Source: Rhodothermales bacterium
GTDB lineage: Bacteria; Bacteroidota; Rhodothermia; Rhodothermales; Bin80
Length of the DNA stretch: 64,000 nucleotides
Reading direction: 5' to 3'
Assembly: GCA_965215475.1 (NCBI GenBank)
Contig: OZ244061.1
Span: 832,015 to 896,014 of the forward strand
Shown here one piece after another: positions 51,724 through 62,414 of the stretch. Each line of letters opens with the position of its first letter. The first letter of the stretch is position 1. A program made the translations under genes and the position numbers. The notes beneath the pieces are model-generated. The model worked only from the letters and a program-made list of their open reading frames with translations. It had not been told where the DNA came from and did no database searches.

Positions 51724-53337
51724 TTACGGTTGATGCGTGTTTGAATCAGGTGCTGGAGAGGACACGTTCATTCTTCGATTTATTTCAAACGTCCGCTGGA
51801 GATTCGCATCATCTATCTCCGCATACGCACGTTTTTCTTCAATCACTTCCATCAGGCGTATTGCTGACGGCTCGCTCACCTTCAAAAAAGGTTGAGGCAA
51901 AAGGCCAAGCAAAATCATTAGCAGTGCCATCGGGGCAAGTATAACCAGTTCTCGGAGATTGAGATCGGACATGTTTCGGTTCGCTTCAATGGTTAAAGGA
52001 CCAAAAAACATTTTACTCAGCATCCAAAGTAAATAGACTGCAGCAAGGATAACACCTGTTGTGGCAATAACCGTCAATACGGGCATCCCTGGTGCCTCGC
52101 TACTAAATGCACCAACCAAAATCAGAAATTCACCAACAAAGCCATTTAGCCCTGGAAGCCCCGCACTAGCTAGTGCAGTGAGTACCATGAAAAAGGTCAG
52201 TATGGGTACGGATTTTGCAATCCCTCCATAATCAGACATCAGACGTGTATGCCTCCTCTCGTACAACATTCCCACAATCAAAAATAATGCTCCCGTAGAG
52301 ATTCCATGGTTGATCATTTGAATCATTGCACCTTGGATACTTTCTAGGGTCAGTGCAAAGATCCCCAGTACCACAAAGCCTAGATGGCTTACACTTGAAT
52401 AGGCAACCAGCTTTTTGGCATCGGTCTGGGCACGGGACACCAAGGCGCCATATACAATGCCGATCACGGCAAGGATGCCGATCAGAAGCGTATGTGTGAC
52501 CGAAGCACTGGGAAAGAACGGAAGACAGAAACGAAGCAGACCATACGTCCCCATTTTCAGTAGCACACCTGCAAGAATCACAGATCCCCCTGTCGGTGCC
52601 TGTACATGGGCATCCGGTAACCATGTATGAAATGGAAACACCGGAACCTTGATCGCGAAAGCAAACGCGAACAGAATGAAGAGCCACGTCTGCATCCCCA
52701 GTGGAACATTGAAGGCCAATAACTTGAAATAGTTTGTCGTAAATACACCATCGTTCACCGCATTCCCCGCCGCATATCCCAGATATAGAATCGCAACCAA
52801 CATCAAAAGCGAACCCACCATGGTATAGATCACAAACTTGATGGCCGCATAAATCCGACGCTCTCCTCCCCAGATTCCAATGAGGAAATACATCGGAATC
52901 AGCGTGAGTTCAAAGAAAATGTAGAAGAGCAAGACATCAAAAGCGCAGAAAACTCCCGTCATGCCTGTCTGGAGTATTAACAGCAATACATAATATCCCT
53001 TGGTACTCTCTTTGATATAGTTCCAGGAACACAGGACCACAATTGGACCCAAAAATGTCGTTAATAGCACCAAAAGTAGACTGAATCCGTCGATGCCAAT
53101 GAGATAGCGTATATCTAGATGTTCTGAAATCAATGGGAACTCTATGCCACGAAACTGCAACTCCGCCGCATTGGACACATCAAATCCAAACCACAGCGGG
53201 AGCGACAGCAAAAACACGCCGAGCGTAACCAACAGTGCAAACCATCGTGCCGAGCGATCACTCGGCGCAAAAAGCATACAGATCGCTCCAACTAAGGGGA
53301 GAAAAATGATTGCGGTCAATATGTTTCCAAACTCCAT
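51724..53337 (-). CDS. nuoM: NADH-quinone oxidoreductase subunit M
   Basis: 537 aa. Contains FPFHTWLPDAHVQAPTGGSVILAG; antiporter-like subunit downstream of nuoL. Confidence 0.88.
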   Translation of the reverse strand: MEFGNILTAIIFLPLVGAICMLFAPSDRSARWFALLVTLGVFLLSLPLWFGFDVSNAAELQFRGIEFPLISEHLDIRYLIGIDGFSLLLVLLTTFLGPIVVLCSWNYIKESTKGYYVLLLILQTGMTGVFCAFDVLLFYIFFELTLIPMYFLIGIWGGERRIYAAIKFVIYTMVGSLLMLVAILYLGYAAGNAVNDGVFTTNYFKLLAFNVPLGMQTWLFILFAFAFAIKVPVFPFHTWLPDAHVQAPTGGSVILAGVLLKMGTYGLLRFCLPFFPSASVTHTLLIGILAVIGIVYGALVSRAQTDAKKLVAYSSVSHLGFVVLGIFALTLESIQGAMIQMINHGISTGALFLIVGMLYERRHTRLMSDYGGIAKSVPILTFFMVLTALASAGLPGLNGFVGEFLILVGAFSSEAPGMPVLTVIATTGVILAAVYLLWMLSKMFFGPLTIEANRNMSDLNLRELVILAPMALLMILLGLLPQPFLKVSEPSAIRLMEVIEEKRAYAEIDDANLQRTFEINRRMNVSSPAPDSNTHQP

Positions 53338-53355
53338 CGCAGATGCTCCTTGGTA

Positions 53356-55350
53356 TTAAAAGAGAAACAATGCAATCATGATCACCGATCCCAAAAGGAT
53401 AGCCAGTGCATAATTCTGTACAACTCCGGTCTGCAAGCGCCCAAACAACCAACTGAATGCCAGAGATACTCGTGCGGCTGCATTGACCAGTCCATCCACG
53501 ACATATTGATCGAACGGAGCCAAGGCCTTATTTGCCCCTTGAATGGTTGGCCGAACAATCGTTCGATCATAAAATTTGTCCCAATAATAACTTGATTGCC
53601 ACCAGTGGTATAAAAAACCAAATCGACTCTGGATCAGCTCATCACCACTCAACTCATATCTGCTAAAGAATCTCCATGCCCACAGCACTCCTATGATCGC
53701 AATCACTGCTCCCAACAGGATCAATCCGATTTCAACTGCAACACTTACATGAGCCTGAATTTCTGGCTCTGCAACCGGGCCTACCTGATCTCCATGCCCG
53801 ACTAGATAATCATGAATCCAGTTCGACAACCCGATCTTTTTGGCGACTTTAGGAAATCCAATCATACCCCCAACCAGAGATAATCCAGCCAGAAGGACCA
53901 GCGGTACTGTCATGGATTGAGGAGACTCATGAGGGTGCACTTTATCCTGCATTGGCCACCTTGCACTCCCCTCGAACGTCAGCATATACGAACGCATCAT
54001 GTAGAACGCCGTCAGTAATGCAGTGATAATCCCAATTCCCCAGACAAACCATGCATAAGGATGCCCATCGTATCCAAACTCAAATGCCTTGAACAGGATT
54101 TCATCTTTTGAAAAGAACCCAGCCGTGAGAGGAATACCTGCGATGGCAAGCGTGGACAAGAGATAGGTCCATCGGGTAATGGGCATATATTGTTTTAGCC
54201 CACCCATGAAGCGCATATCCTGCGCATCAAAATCCCCATCGTATTCCTCATGCCGAAGATCATGTTCTACATGATGCATCCCATGAATCACGCTACCTGA
54301 TCCCAGAAACAGACAGGCCTTAAAGAAGGCATGAGTTATGACGTGAAAGATGGCAACAAAAAATGCGCCGACCCCGGCCGCCATGAACATATAGCCTAAT
54401 TGGGAGATCGTTGAATAGGCAAGAACACGTTTGATATCACGCTGCGTCAGGGCAATCGTTGCTGCCAAAATGGCTGTCACCGCACCAATTATCGCAATGA
54501 CTGCCATCACGTGGGGCGTCATCAGCACCAGTGGGGAGAGCCGAGCCAGCAGATAAAGACCGCTCGTAACCATCGTTGCTGCATGGATCAGTGCGGAAAC
54601 GGGGGTCGGACCCGCCATGGCATCGGGAAGCCAAACGAATAGAGGAATCTGGGCACTTTTTCCCGTAGCTCCCAAAAACAAAAGAAAGACCACTATTGTA
54701 ATTGTGCCCTGCGACATTACTTCCGCGCCCGATAAAACGCTATTGAAATCCAGCCCCCCTACTTCACGAACCAGAATAAACATGGCGAGAAGGAAGCAAA
54801 AATCCCCAACCCGGTTCACGATGAATGCCTTGCTTGCCGCCGCACTATTCTTTCGCTCTTCATACCAGAATCCGATCAATAAATAAGAGCAAAGCCCGAC
54901 GCCTTCCCATCCCAAAAACATCAGTAACAGGTTATCTGCCAGAACCAGGTTTAGCATCATAAAAATGAACAGGTTCAGATAGGCGAAAAATTTCCAAAAG
55001 GATCGGTCTTCTGCCATGTAGCCCGTGGAATAGACATGAATCAATGCCCCAACCCCCGTGACCACTAGAGTCATGATCAACGAGAGCTGATCCACCCGAT
55101 ACGCAATCTCTACGGAGAAATCTCCTGCCTTCATCCACGTATAGACGGACGTGATGGATGCCGTATCTACTCCTTGGAAAAACAGGCTCGCCGCAAGACC
55201 AAAGGGAATCGCGACCATCAATGTCCCAAACGCCCCCAACACCCCCTTATGAGCACGGAGCCCGCTGGCAAATAATGGGATGATTCCTAGCAATACAGCC
55301 CCAATGAGAGGCAAAAGAATAATGAGCTGGACCATCAAATTCGTAGACAT
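53356..55350 (-). CDS. nuoL: NADH-quinone oxidoreductase subunit L
   Basis: 664 aa. Contains SAQIPLFVWLPDAMAGPTPVSALIHAATMV and a long C-terminal extension. Confidence 0.9.
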   Translation of the reverse strand: MSTNLMVQLIILLPLIGAVLLGIIPLFASGLRAHKGVLGAFGTLMVAIPFGLAASLFFQGVDTASITSVYTWMKAGDFSVEIAYRVDQLSLIMTLVVTGVGALIHVYSTGYMAEDRSFWKFFAYLNLFIFMMLNLVLADNLLLMFLGWEGVGLCSYLLIGFWYEERKNSAAASKAFIVNRVGDFCFLLAMFILVREVGGLDFNSVLSGAEVMSQGTITIVVFLLFLGATGKSAQIPLFVWLPDAMAGPTPVSALIHAATMVTSGLYLLARLSPLVLMTPHVMAVIAIIGAVTAILAATIALTQRDIKRVLAYSTISQLGYMFMAAGVGAFFVAIFHVITHAFFKACLFLGSGSVIHGMHHVEHDLRHEEYDGDFDAQDMRFMGGLKQYMPITRWTYLLSTLAIAGIPLTAGFFSKDEILFKAFEFGYDGHPYAWFVWGIGIITALLTAFYMMRSYMLTFEGSARWPMQDKVHPHESPQSMTVPLVLLAGLSLVGGMIGFPKVAKKIGLSNWIHDYLVGHGDQVGPVAEPEIQAHVSVAVEIGLILLGAVIAIIGVLWAWRFFSRYELSGDELIQSRFGFLYHWWQSSYYWDKFYDRTIVRPTIQGANKALAPFDQYVVDGLVNAAARVSLAFSWLFGRLQTGVVQNYALAILLGSVIMIALFLF

Positions 55351-55354
55351 TCAC

Positions 55355-55660
55355 TCAGTGTCTGAATAATTTGATATCGTTAACATCAACGGTAAGCTTA
55401 TTGCGGAAAATGGCAATCACAATTGCAAGACCAATGGCCGCTTCTGCGGCGGCGACCGCAATGACAAAGACGACCAGGATTTGACCCGATACATCCCCCA
55501 TGTACTGTGCAAATGAAACGAGGGTAATATTTACTGCATTGAGCATGAGTTCGATACACATCAAAATCACGATCAAATTACTTCGGTAAAGGACGCCCAT
55601 TACTCCGATAGAGAAGAGTACTGCACTGAGCGTCAAATACCATGTAAGAGGAAGTTCCAT
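55355..55660 (-). CDS. nuoK: NADH-quinone oxidoreductase subunit K
   Basis: 101 aa, 3 TM helices; contains [11 protein letters not shown]. Confidence 0.9.
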   Translation of the reverse strand: MELPLTWYLTLSAVLFSIGVMGVLYRSNLIVILMCIELMLNAVNITLVSFAQYMGDVSGQILVVFVIAVAAAEAAIGLAIVIAIFRNKLTVDVNDIKLFRH

Positions 55661-55666
55661 TAATCT

Positions 55667-56167
55667 TTATTCAAACGTACGTTTTGCGAGCATCACTGCA
55701 CCTACAGTTGCAACCAGGAGAAGAATTCCAATGATCTCAAACGGAAGTAAATAACGGGTAAATAATGCTTCTGCAAGCCTTAATGTAGATCCAGATTCTG
55801 GATTCACCATGATCGAGGATAATGGTTCTGAGGTTGTCGCGGTAACGTATACCAATTGTGCTAGAATCACGGTGAACAAGATAAATCCAATTCCCTTTTT
55901 GCCATCAATCCGTTCCACTTCAGGAGCCGCACTCAGATTCAGTAACATGATTACAAATAAAAACAGGACCATAATTGCTCCTGCATAAACCAGCACCTGG
56001 ACAACCGCAATAAACTCAGCATTCAACAGCACATACAAACCCGCCACACATAGCATCACGAGAATCAGCCACAATGCACTCTGCACAGGACTGCGTGAAA
56101 TCAGCATTGCAAGGGCTGCGAACACCGCAATCAGGCTGGTGGCAACAAAAAATACTTCGGCGAACAT
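55667..56167 (-). CDS. nuoJ: NADH-quinone oxidoreductase subunit J
   Basis: 166 aa; contains AEFIAVVQVLVYAGAIMVLFLFVIMLL. Confidence 0.88.
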   Translation of the reverse strand: MFAEVFFVATSLIAVFAALAMLISRSPVQSALWLILVMLCVAGLYVLLNAEFIAVVQVLVYAGAIMVLFLFVIMLLNLSAAPEVERIDGKKGIGFILFTVILAQLVYVTATTSEPLSSIMVNPESGSTLRLAEALFTRYLLPFEIIGILLLVATVGAVMLAKRTFE

Positions 56168-56248
56168 ACGTACACTTAAGTTCTAGACTCGGCAAATTTA
56201 GGTAAATTTTCGCAGCTGTTCACTATCCAAAGGGAGTGAAAATTATAA

Positions 56249-57901
56249 TTATTTTTTTGCAGATGAATGTAGTTGATCAAGATTTTCCTCCAGTCCCGCA
56301 AAAAATTCCATAAAGGATGCCTTTGATGCCAACAATAATACAGTAATACGGCCCCGCTCCTTGAACATCCAGGATCCAAGAATTGTGATCGCGTCCACCT
56401 GCCGCATTGACAGTCGATCTGGTGGATGAAGTACTCGCTCTTTGAACATTGTTTTTGCCGTATCGAGGATCTTGGAACTGCTTGGCCATACAATATGTGC
56501 AATGGGAAACCCGTAAGCTATGAAGTGTACTTCAGCTGTGGCGTTGAACGTATGTATGACTACACCGGTCCTTTTCAGCAGAGGTATGCGTAGAAAGTTA
56601 GGGCGAGAATAGATGGACGTCATGAACTCTAATTCATCACGAATCCGTGCAGCCTGCTCATATTCCTTGACCTGAGAGTACTCTTTCATTCTTCTTTCGA
56701 GTAAAGTTAAGGTGCTAGTGTTCTTTCCCTCAAGAAAAGCAGATACGCACTCAAACCCTTCCTCTGTCAACGGGCCTCCAATTCGGGAAGCCTCCAACCC
56801 CACCCCCTTCCCCTCAAGAGATTGAAATCCGCTGGGGGACGCTCCATAGAGTGACACCAGTATCTGGGCTAAATATGTGGCTTCCTTACGTGTTGCCATC
56901 GGGCCATAATGTCTGGCTCCATCTGCGCGAATATGCTGAATGAGGGTGATCCATCCTGAGTCAGAAATGTCCCCGAGTCGTAGAAAAACCCGATTCCGGT
57001 GTTTTCTGCCTGCTTTATTGAACGGCGGAATATATTCTTTAATGAGTCGTGACTCCAATAACAGTGCTTCCAACTCTGTCTCCGTCTCTGTCCATTGAAT
57101 TTCATGGACTTGCCCGATCATCGCTCGGATATGTTTTGCATGATTGTCTGTACCTGCAAAATAGCTACGAACTCGGTCACGGAGTACACGGGCTTTCCCA
57201 ATATAGAGCAGCTTCCCATCCTTCCTCCGCATCTGATAGACTCCTGGAGAATCAGGAAGGTTCTTTAGATAATGTTCCCGAATATGGTCTAAACGCTTCC
57301 GTTCAGCGGAACTCTTGTTGTAGGAAGAATACTGATAATTCAGTAACTCCTCCAGAGTGGTGATCTCATGCTGTCTCTCCAGCATAAGAAGTAATTTAGC
57401 AAAGACCTCTTGTGTGGCTGTCGCATCACTAAGAGCACGATGACGATCCTCGGAATGAATCCTAAAATGATGAATCAAGCTCTCCAAGCTCTTTGATTTC
57501 AACCCTCTCAGAAGACGACGTGCCACACGCACCGTGCACAGTTTCTGATTATTGAGAGGTGGCAGATCTGCACGACTGATTTCTGCAGCAATAAACCCCC
57601 AGTCAAACCTAACATTATGTGCTACAAAAATTGCATCTCCTAAAAATTCAATGAATCTTGGAAGTACATCAGCAATGATCGGTTGCCCAACTATATCGTT
57701 GGTCATGATTCCGGTAAGATTCGTAATCTGCCAAGGCACCTTGGATTCTGGATTCACTAATTGTTCAAATGTGTCTATGACCGTATTCCCCTTCACCCTG
57801 ACGGCTGCGATCTCAAGAATCCGAGCATGATCTGGCTCCAGTCCTGTTGTTTCCAGGTCGACGACCACAAAATCAGCATCTTTTATCTGCATGGGTTGCA
57901 A
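56249..57901 (-). CDS. DnaQ-like 3'-5' exonuclease domain fused to a GIY-YIG (UvrC N-terminal/Cho-like) nuclease domain
   Basis: Exo I FVVVDLETTGL. Also HNVRFDWGF and HRALSDA (DEDDh). Then PGVYQMRRKDGKLLYIGKARVLRDRVRSYF (GIY-YIG). Confidence 0.8.
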   Translation of the reverse strand: MQPMQIKDADFVVVDLETTGLEPDHARILEIAAVRVKGNTVIDTFEQLVNPESKVPWQITNLTGIMTNDIVGQPIIADVLPRFIEFLGDAIFVAHNVRFDWGFIAAEISRADLPPLNNQKLCTVRVARRLLRGLKSKSLESLIHHFRIHSEDRHRALSDATATQEVFAKLLLMLERQHEITTLEELLNYQYSSYNKSSAERKRLDHIREHYLKNLPDSPGVYQMRRKDGKLLYIGKARVLRDRVRSYFAGTDNHAKHIRAMIGQVHEIQWTETETELEALLLESRLIKEYIPPFNKAGRKHRNRVFLRLGDISDSGWITLIQHIRADGARHYGPMATRKEATYLAQILVSLYGASPSGFQSLEGKGVGLEASRIGGPLTEEGFECVSAFLEGKNTSTLTLLERRMKEYSQVKEYEQAARIRDELEFMTSIYSRPNFLRIPLLKRTGVVIHTFNATAEVHFIAYGFPIAHIVWPSSSKILDTAKTMFKERVLHPPDRLSMRQVDAITILGSWMFKERGRITVLLLASKASFMEFFAGLEENLDQLHSSAKK

Positions 57902-57970
57902 TTATGTGAGTAAATTCATCAACTTATGCGTACTAGATCCATCATCTATCACCATTTTAGTAAGTATTTC

Positions 57971-58918
57971 ATGAATAAGGTTACCGTGATCGGAGCTGGC
58001 AATGTCGGAGCCACCGTTGCCGAGTGCGTGGCACGTAAAGATATGATCAAAGAAGTAGTTTTGATTGATATCAAGGATGGATTGTCCGAGGGGAAGGCTC
58101 TTGACATCGCTCAATCCGCTCCCATCCACTTATTTGACACCCATGTCAAGGGGGTTACCAACGATTATGACGCCACTGCAAATTCTGATATTTGTGTGAT
58201 CACTAGTGGAGTACCACGTAGGCCTGGGATGAGCCGGGATGACCTATTAGGCATCAATGCGAATATCGTACGCTCCGTGACAGAGTCATTTGTTGATAAA
58301 AGCCCGAATGCTATCATGATTGTCATCTCTAACCCGCTGGATGTGATGACTTATGTAGCCCACCAAGCAAGTAAATTTCCATCTCATCGGGTTTTTGGAA
58401 TGGCTGGTGTTTTGGATACTGCACGGTTTCGCACTTTTCTGGCTATGGAATTGGGGGGATCCGTTAAGGATATTCAGGCACTCTTGATGGGGGGGCATGG
58501 AGATACGATGGTTCCCTTGGCCCGCTATACCAGCATTGGGGGAATTCCGATCACCGAACTGCTCTCACAAGATCGGATTGAATCCATCGTCGAGCGTACA
58601 AAGAGTGGAGGGGGCGAGATTGTTCAGCTCATGGGAACTTCGGCCTGGTATGCCCCTGGGGCTGCCGCCGCAGAAATGGTTGAAGCCATCGTCAAGGATT
58701 CGGGTCGAATCCTTCCCTGCGCCGTATGTCCATCAGGAGAATACGGGCTCTCTGATTTATTTATCGGTCTTCCCGTTCGACTTGGCCGCTCTGGAATTGA
58801 AGAGATCATTACCGTTGATCTGAACAAGTCGGAACAGGCATTACTCGAAGTTTCCGCCGATCATATTCGCAATAACCTCGAAGATCTCAGGCGTGTTCTG
58901 AGTCAACCTGAGGCTTAA
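57971..58918 (+). CDS. mdh: Malate dehydrogenase (LDH-like family)
   Basis: MNKVTVIGAGNVGATVA (Rossmann fold), ITSGVPRRPGMSRDDLL and GGHGDTMVP. Start at ATG 57971. Confidence 0.92.
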   Translation: MNKVTVIGAGNVGATVAECVARKDMIKEVVLIDIKDGLSEGKALDIAQSAPIHLFDTHVKGVTNDYDATANSDICVITSGVPRRPGMSRDDLLGINANIVRSVTESFVDKSPNAIMIVISNPLDVMTYVAHQASKFPSHRVFGMAGVLDTARFRTFLAMELGGSVKDIQALLMGGHGDTMVPLARYTSIGGIPITELLSQDRIESIVERTKSGGGEIVQLMGTSAWYAPGAAAAEMVEAIVKDSGRILPCAVCPSGEYGLSDLFIGLPVRLGRSGIEEIITVDLNKSEQALLEVSADHIRNNLEDLRRVLSQPEA

Positions 58919-59177
58919 GCTTGACCAGAGTCGCTCCCCAGCTACTTGAATCTGTTGATGTCTTCCAGTATTTGACAAGGGTAGATTTTGCAAGTACAGC
59001 ATGCACCGTTGCTCGTAAAGCTCCTGTCCCCTTGCCATGAATGATGCGCAGGTGATAGATACCTTCGCTGTGGCACGCTCGGATATACTCCCTGGTCACA
59101 TCGGCTGCCTCCTTTGGAAGGAAGGTATGCAGATCCAGAACCCCATCTGTAGGATATTGGAAAATCTTGTCCTTCAT
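58887..59177 (-). CDS. Smr (small MutS-related) domain protein
   Basis: 96 aa; LDLHTFLPKEAADVTREYI...LRIIHGKGTGALR. Its 3' end overlaps the mdh 3' end by 32 nt (convergent genes). Confidence 0.75.
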   Translation of the reverse strand: MKDKIFQYPTDGVLDLHTFLPKEAADVTREYIRACHSEGIYHLRIIHGKGTGALRATVHAVLAKSTLVKYWKTSTDSSSWGATLVKLKPQVDSEHA

Positions 59178-59479
59178 GAAGCCCCGTGAATCTTACCACA
59201 TCTCCCGAAAAGAATGCCTTCGCTTTGCATCAGTTCCATTTAACTGCAATTCGGTATCTTTCATATTTATTGACCCAAACAATTTGATTCTGAACCTTGA
59301 AGAGAGTAGATTTTTTGCATGCTTGTCCCATGCAGAGAATCACACCTGTGTAATACTGTCTTTGTTCAAACTGATACGAACACGAAAACAAATAGATTTT
59401 GACAAAAAGACCCAGTATAGTACGCAAAAACCATCCAGAGCATTCATCGGCCATAAGTCGCTTTGACGTGCTGGAAACC

Positions 59480-60112
59480 ATGGTTGATGAGGATCTGATG
59501 GAGCTTTTTCAGTCAGGAACGGTGGAGGCCTATAATATTCTTGTAAACCGCTACAGTGAACGCCTCATGCATTATTTGTTTGGTTTTTTAGGCGACAAAA
59601 AACGTTGTGAAGATCTACTTCAGGAAACGTTCCTTCGTGTCCACCGCAACCGTCATGCTTATCAGCGTATTGCAAAATTCTCTACATGGCTCTATACGAT
59701 CGCAGGAAATTTAGCACGAAGTGAATATCGTAAGCAGAAGCGCCGGCATATGCATTCAATCCAAGCCTGGAGCAGAGAGAATGAAGAATACGAGATGCCG
59801 CTTCCTGACGAGACCTTTTTACCTGATAAACAAACAGAGAGAGCTCTCCAAGATGAGCATATCCAAGAAGCACTGGGATCACTCTCGTCAAATTACAGGG
59901 AGATTGTGATTCTTCGGGATATTCAGCAACTATCTTATAGTGAGATTGCACAAATTACTGGACTTCCAATGGGTACGGTAAAGAGCCGCATCAATCGTGG
60001 ACGTAGCAAGCTACAAGGGATCCTCAGGGATATCTATCCTTTCGCAAAAAAATCAAATCTCCTCCCGATAAATTTAATTGAGAATCGTGCTCAGATAGAA
60101 GCAGTCGAATGA
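59480..60112 (+). CDS. ECF-type RNA polymerase sigma-70 factor
   Basis: Region 2: YNILVNRYSERLMHYLFGFLGDKKRCEDLLQETFLRVH. Region 4: LSYSEIAQITGLPMGTVKSRINRGRSKL. Start chosen at ATG 59480. Confidence 0.88.
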   Translation: MVDEDLMELFQSGTVEAYNILVNRYSERLMHYLFGFLGDKKRCEDLLQETFLRVHRNRHAYQRIAKFSTWLYTIAGNLARSEYRKQKRRHMHSIQAWSRENEEYEMPLPDETFLPDKQTERALQDEHIQEALGSLSSNYREIVILRDIQQLSYSEIAQITGLPMGTVKSRINRGRSKLQGILRDIYPFAKKSNLLPINLIENRAQIEAVE

Positions 60113-60432
60113 GTTTGCTTCCCGATGAATTAACCTGCCAACGCCTCAAGATTGACAAAAAAGCACAGACTCTGGAAGTTCAATGGTCCGATGGGCATCA
60201 CTGTATTTTTCCTCTGGATGGCTTAAGACGTGCATGCCCATGTGCAGCATGCCAGGGGCACGAAAAAATGCACGAACTTCCTGATCCCGAAATATTTCGT
60301 CTCCCTGCCTTAATGCAATGGAACCATGTCAAAATCGAAATCGCGGGGAGTGTGGGAGTGCGCCTTACCTGGGATGATGGGCACAACAGTGGGATCTATA
60401 CCTGGGCGCGCCTGCGTGCCATGTGTCCGTGA
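60109..60432 (+). CDS. DUF971-domain protein (Cys-rich)
   Basis: 107 aa; LEVQWSDGHHCIFPLDGLRRACPCAACQGH...LTWDDGHNSGIY. The ATG overlaps the sigma gene stop (ATGA). Confidence 0.7.
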   Translation: MSLLPDELTCQRLKIDKKAQTLEVQWSDGHHCIFPLDGLRRACPCAACQGHEKMHELPDPEIFRLPALMQWNHVKIEIAGSVGVRLTWDDGHNSGIYTWARLRAMCP

Positions 60433-60938
60433 AGAAAATTTCATCTCTATTGTTGTGCAGAAGATTGATTGACGATCCTTGAACCTACACATACAATATG
60501 AGGCCAAGATACAGCGATCACTTGGGTTCAACCCTGGCAATTTTCAATCATCATTTGGATATAAAACAACTCCTTCAATAAACGATCCTGAACCTATCAT
60601 CCTACAATCTTCATCAAAGGAATGATTTCCCCTGAAATCTGAGTAAAACGAAAATTCCGATCAAATGGGCGTGTTGGAGATAAAAGTGAATGCGTCATGA
60701 ATCATATGGGACGAGACACAAAAGCAGGGAGAAAACCATTATAACGTGTCTTTCTGAATTCAAAACTCGGCCCCGAAGATGTGATATGGGCAAACCCAAG
60801 AAAATTTCACTTCATCCGTGAATTTCAGCTCCAAATTTTGTGCGCAATTTCAACAATACTGATGGATTTTTCAAAAACAGGAAGCAAGCATGCACTCATT
60901 TTAAAACAAAGTTTCACACACCTATTTAATCACATACA

Positions 60939-61418
60939 ATGAAGTTAAAGGTTGGAAGCAGTGCACCCAATTTTACGGGGATATTATCGGATGGAAGTCG
61001 AATTAGTCTAAGTGATTTTCGTGGGTCCAAGGTGGCGGTATACTTTTACCCTATGAGCCATTCAATCGGATGTACCAGCGAGGCCTGTAGTATTCGTGAT
61101 TATTGGGAAGAAATCGAGCATGCAGGAATTGTTGTGATCGGAATTTCGGCAGATACACCTAAGTCACAACGAAAATTTATAGCAAAGCATGATTTACCAT
61201 TTAAGTTGGTGTCAGACAAGAAAAAACAGATCATTGATGACTACGGAACTTGGAGGAAAGGTGGGGCCATGCTCTATGGCAGATCTAAGTTGGGAGTCCG
61301 TCGACGCACGTTTCTAATTGATGAATCAGGCACGATCGTTAAAATCTTGATGGATCCGAGTCTTACGGTTCATGGTAAAGAAATATATGACGCATTTGCA
61401 GAATTGGGCAATCAATGA
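60939..61418 (+). CDS. bcp: Thiol peroxidase/peroxiredoxin Bcp
   Basis: 159 aa; KVAVYFYPMSHSIGCTSEACSIRD (peroxidatic Cys context), GISADTPKSQRKF and RRTFLIDESGTI. Confidence 0.85.
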   Translation: MKLKVGSSAPNFTGILSDGSRISLSDFRGSKVAVYFYPMSHSIGCTSEACSIRDYWEEIEHAGIVVIGISADTPKSQRKFIAKHDLPFKLVSDKKKQIIDDYGTWRKGGAMLYGRSKLGVRRRTFLIDESGTIVKILMDPSLTVHGKEIYDAFAELGNQ

Positions 61419-61639
61419 CGAGTGGCGACCCCTATGAAACAGTTGTAGGGTTAGAAGCCCATTGTTAACGAATTCCAAAACGTTCGGCGAGTTAGATCTA
61501 ACGAAAAACACGATTCTAATCTCCACACAAAGGCTAAATCCATCCGACGGAATTCACAGAGAGGGGTTGTAGAGTCAAGAGTTCGTCGCGTTTCTTATGT
61601 CCTACGGGTCATTCGCTTTCGTTGTTCACGCACCCATTG

Positions 61640-62414
61640 GTAGGCTCCTACAAGTCGTTTCCGACCTCCTGCTCGTCAAACCGGACGTGCGGTTTTCCCG
61701 CATCCGGCTTTCCGTTGATCTCATGACTTCGCCCATGGAAGGCCTTTGGTCGTTGGAACAAGGCGATGTAATCCATAGATGTTCATCTGAAAAATGCGCC
61801 TATTTCCCAGTTCGCACCTTGTATTTGTGACAAAACCACGGTCGCAACCGCTTGAATGGCTTTCTCATGTAGTACGGTCCGAGATCTCTGAACCCTATCA
61901 GATCCTATTAGGTGTTCACCAGTACTCATGTCCTTTCGTTCTTATCCATACTATGATCAACGGAGGATTCCTTTTCTCTACGGACATTCCTCCGCGTCTT
62001 CGGTACTACAGACCCATCCGCCCAACCTGCCCCTCGTGGGATTCTGGTTGCCTTGTACATCGGCACCAATAGGGCTTCCCGTGTTGCCACTCCTTCCATC
62101 TTACATGCATCCCGAGATCAATACCCCGACGGATATAGCCCGGTGCGTGTAGTGTCGGTCTTCTCCTAGACGATCAGCGGCCTTCCTCTATGAAACGAAG
62201 GGTCGGCTCCCGTATTACATGTTTCGAGGCCTGCTCAATCTTCATGCTCGTTTCGGCCTGCATGCTCGCTGAATCGCCTACGCGATCCTTTTATCCAAAA
62301 TGCTTCCATTCATGTCGTTACCTCCATCAATCGTTTTGGTTGCTACCAGATGGAATGACAGTTGCTGGGTGGATCTCGCAACCCACAAGAAAAAAGCATC
62401 TTTCCACGGCACAC
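61640..62414 (-). ncRNA. ORF-less group II intron (class C-like); the 3' boundary is uncertain
   Basis: The minus strand starts GTGTGCCGTGGAAAG (GUGYG) right after a 20-bp palindrome. Domain V at 61710-61677 reads AAGCCGGAUGCGGGAAAACCGCACGUCCGGUUUG, with the AGC triad, a G-U wobble, a GAAA(A) loop and a CG bulge. No long ORF and no RT motifs. Confidence 0.6.

Noticed and set aside
48253-53452. Internal or overlapping ORFs within nuo genes (48253-48618, 48790-49170, 52232-52687, 53258-53452 and others)
   Set aside because: They are alternative frames of long, well-supported membrane-subunit genes. Their Cys/Arg/Gly-rich composition is typical of off-frame translation.
56176-56502. 108-aa minus-strand ORF overlapping the 3' end of the DnaQ/GIY-YIG gene
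   Set aside because: It is out of frame with and largely inside a longer supported ORF, and has no motifs.
60500-60545. tRNA-like string GGGTTCAACCC
   Set aside because: The flanking bases do not form a T-arm (CTTGG versus CCTGG is not complementary), and no acceptor or anticodon stems can be drawn.
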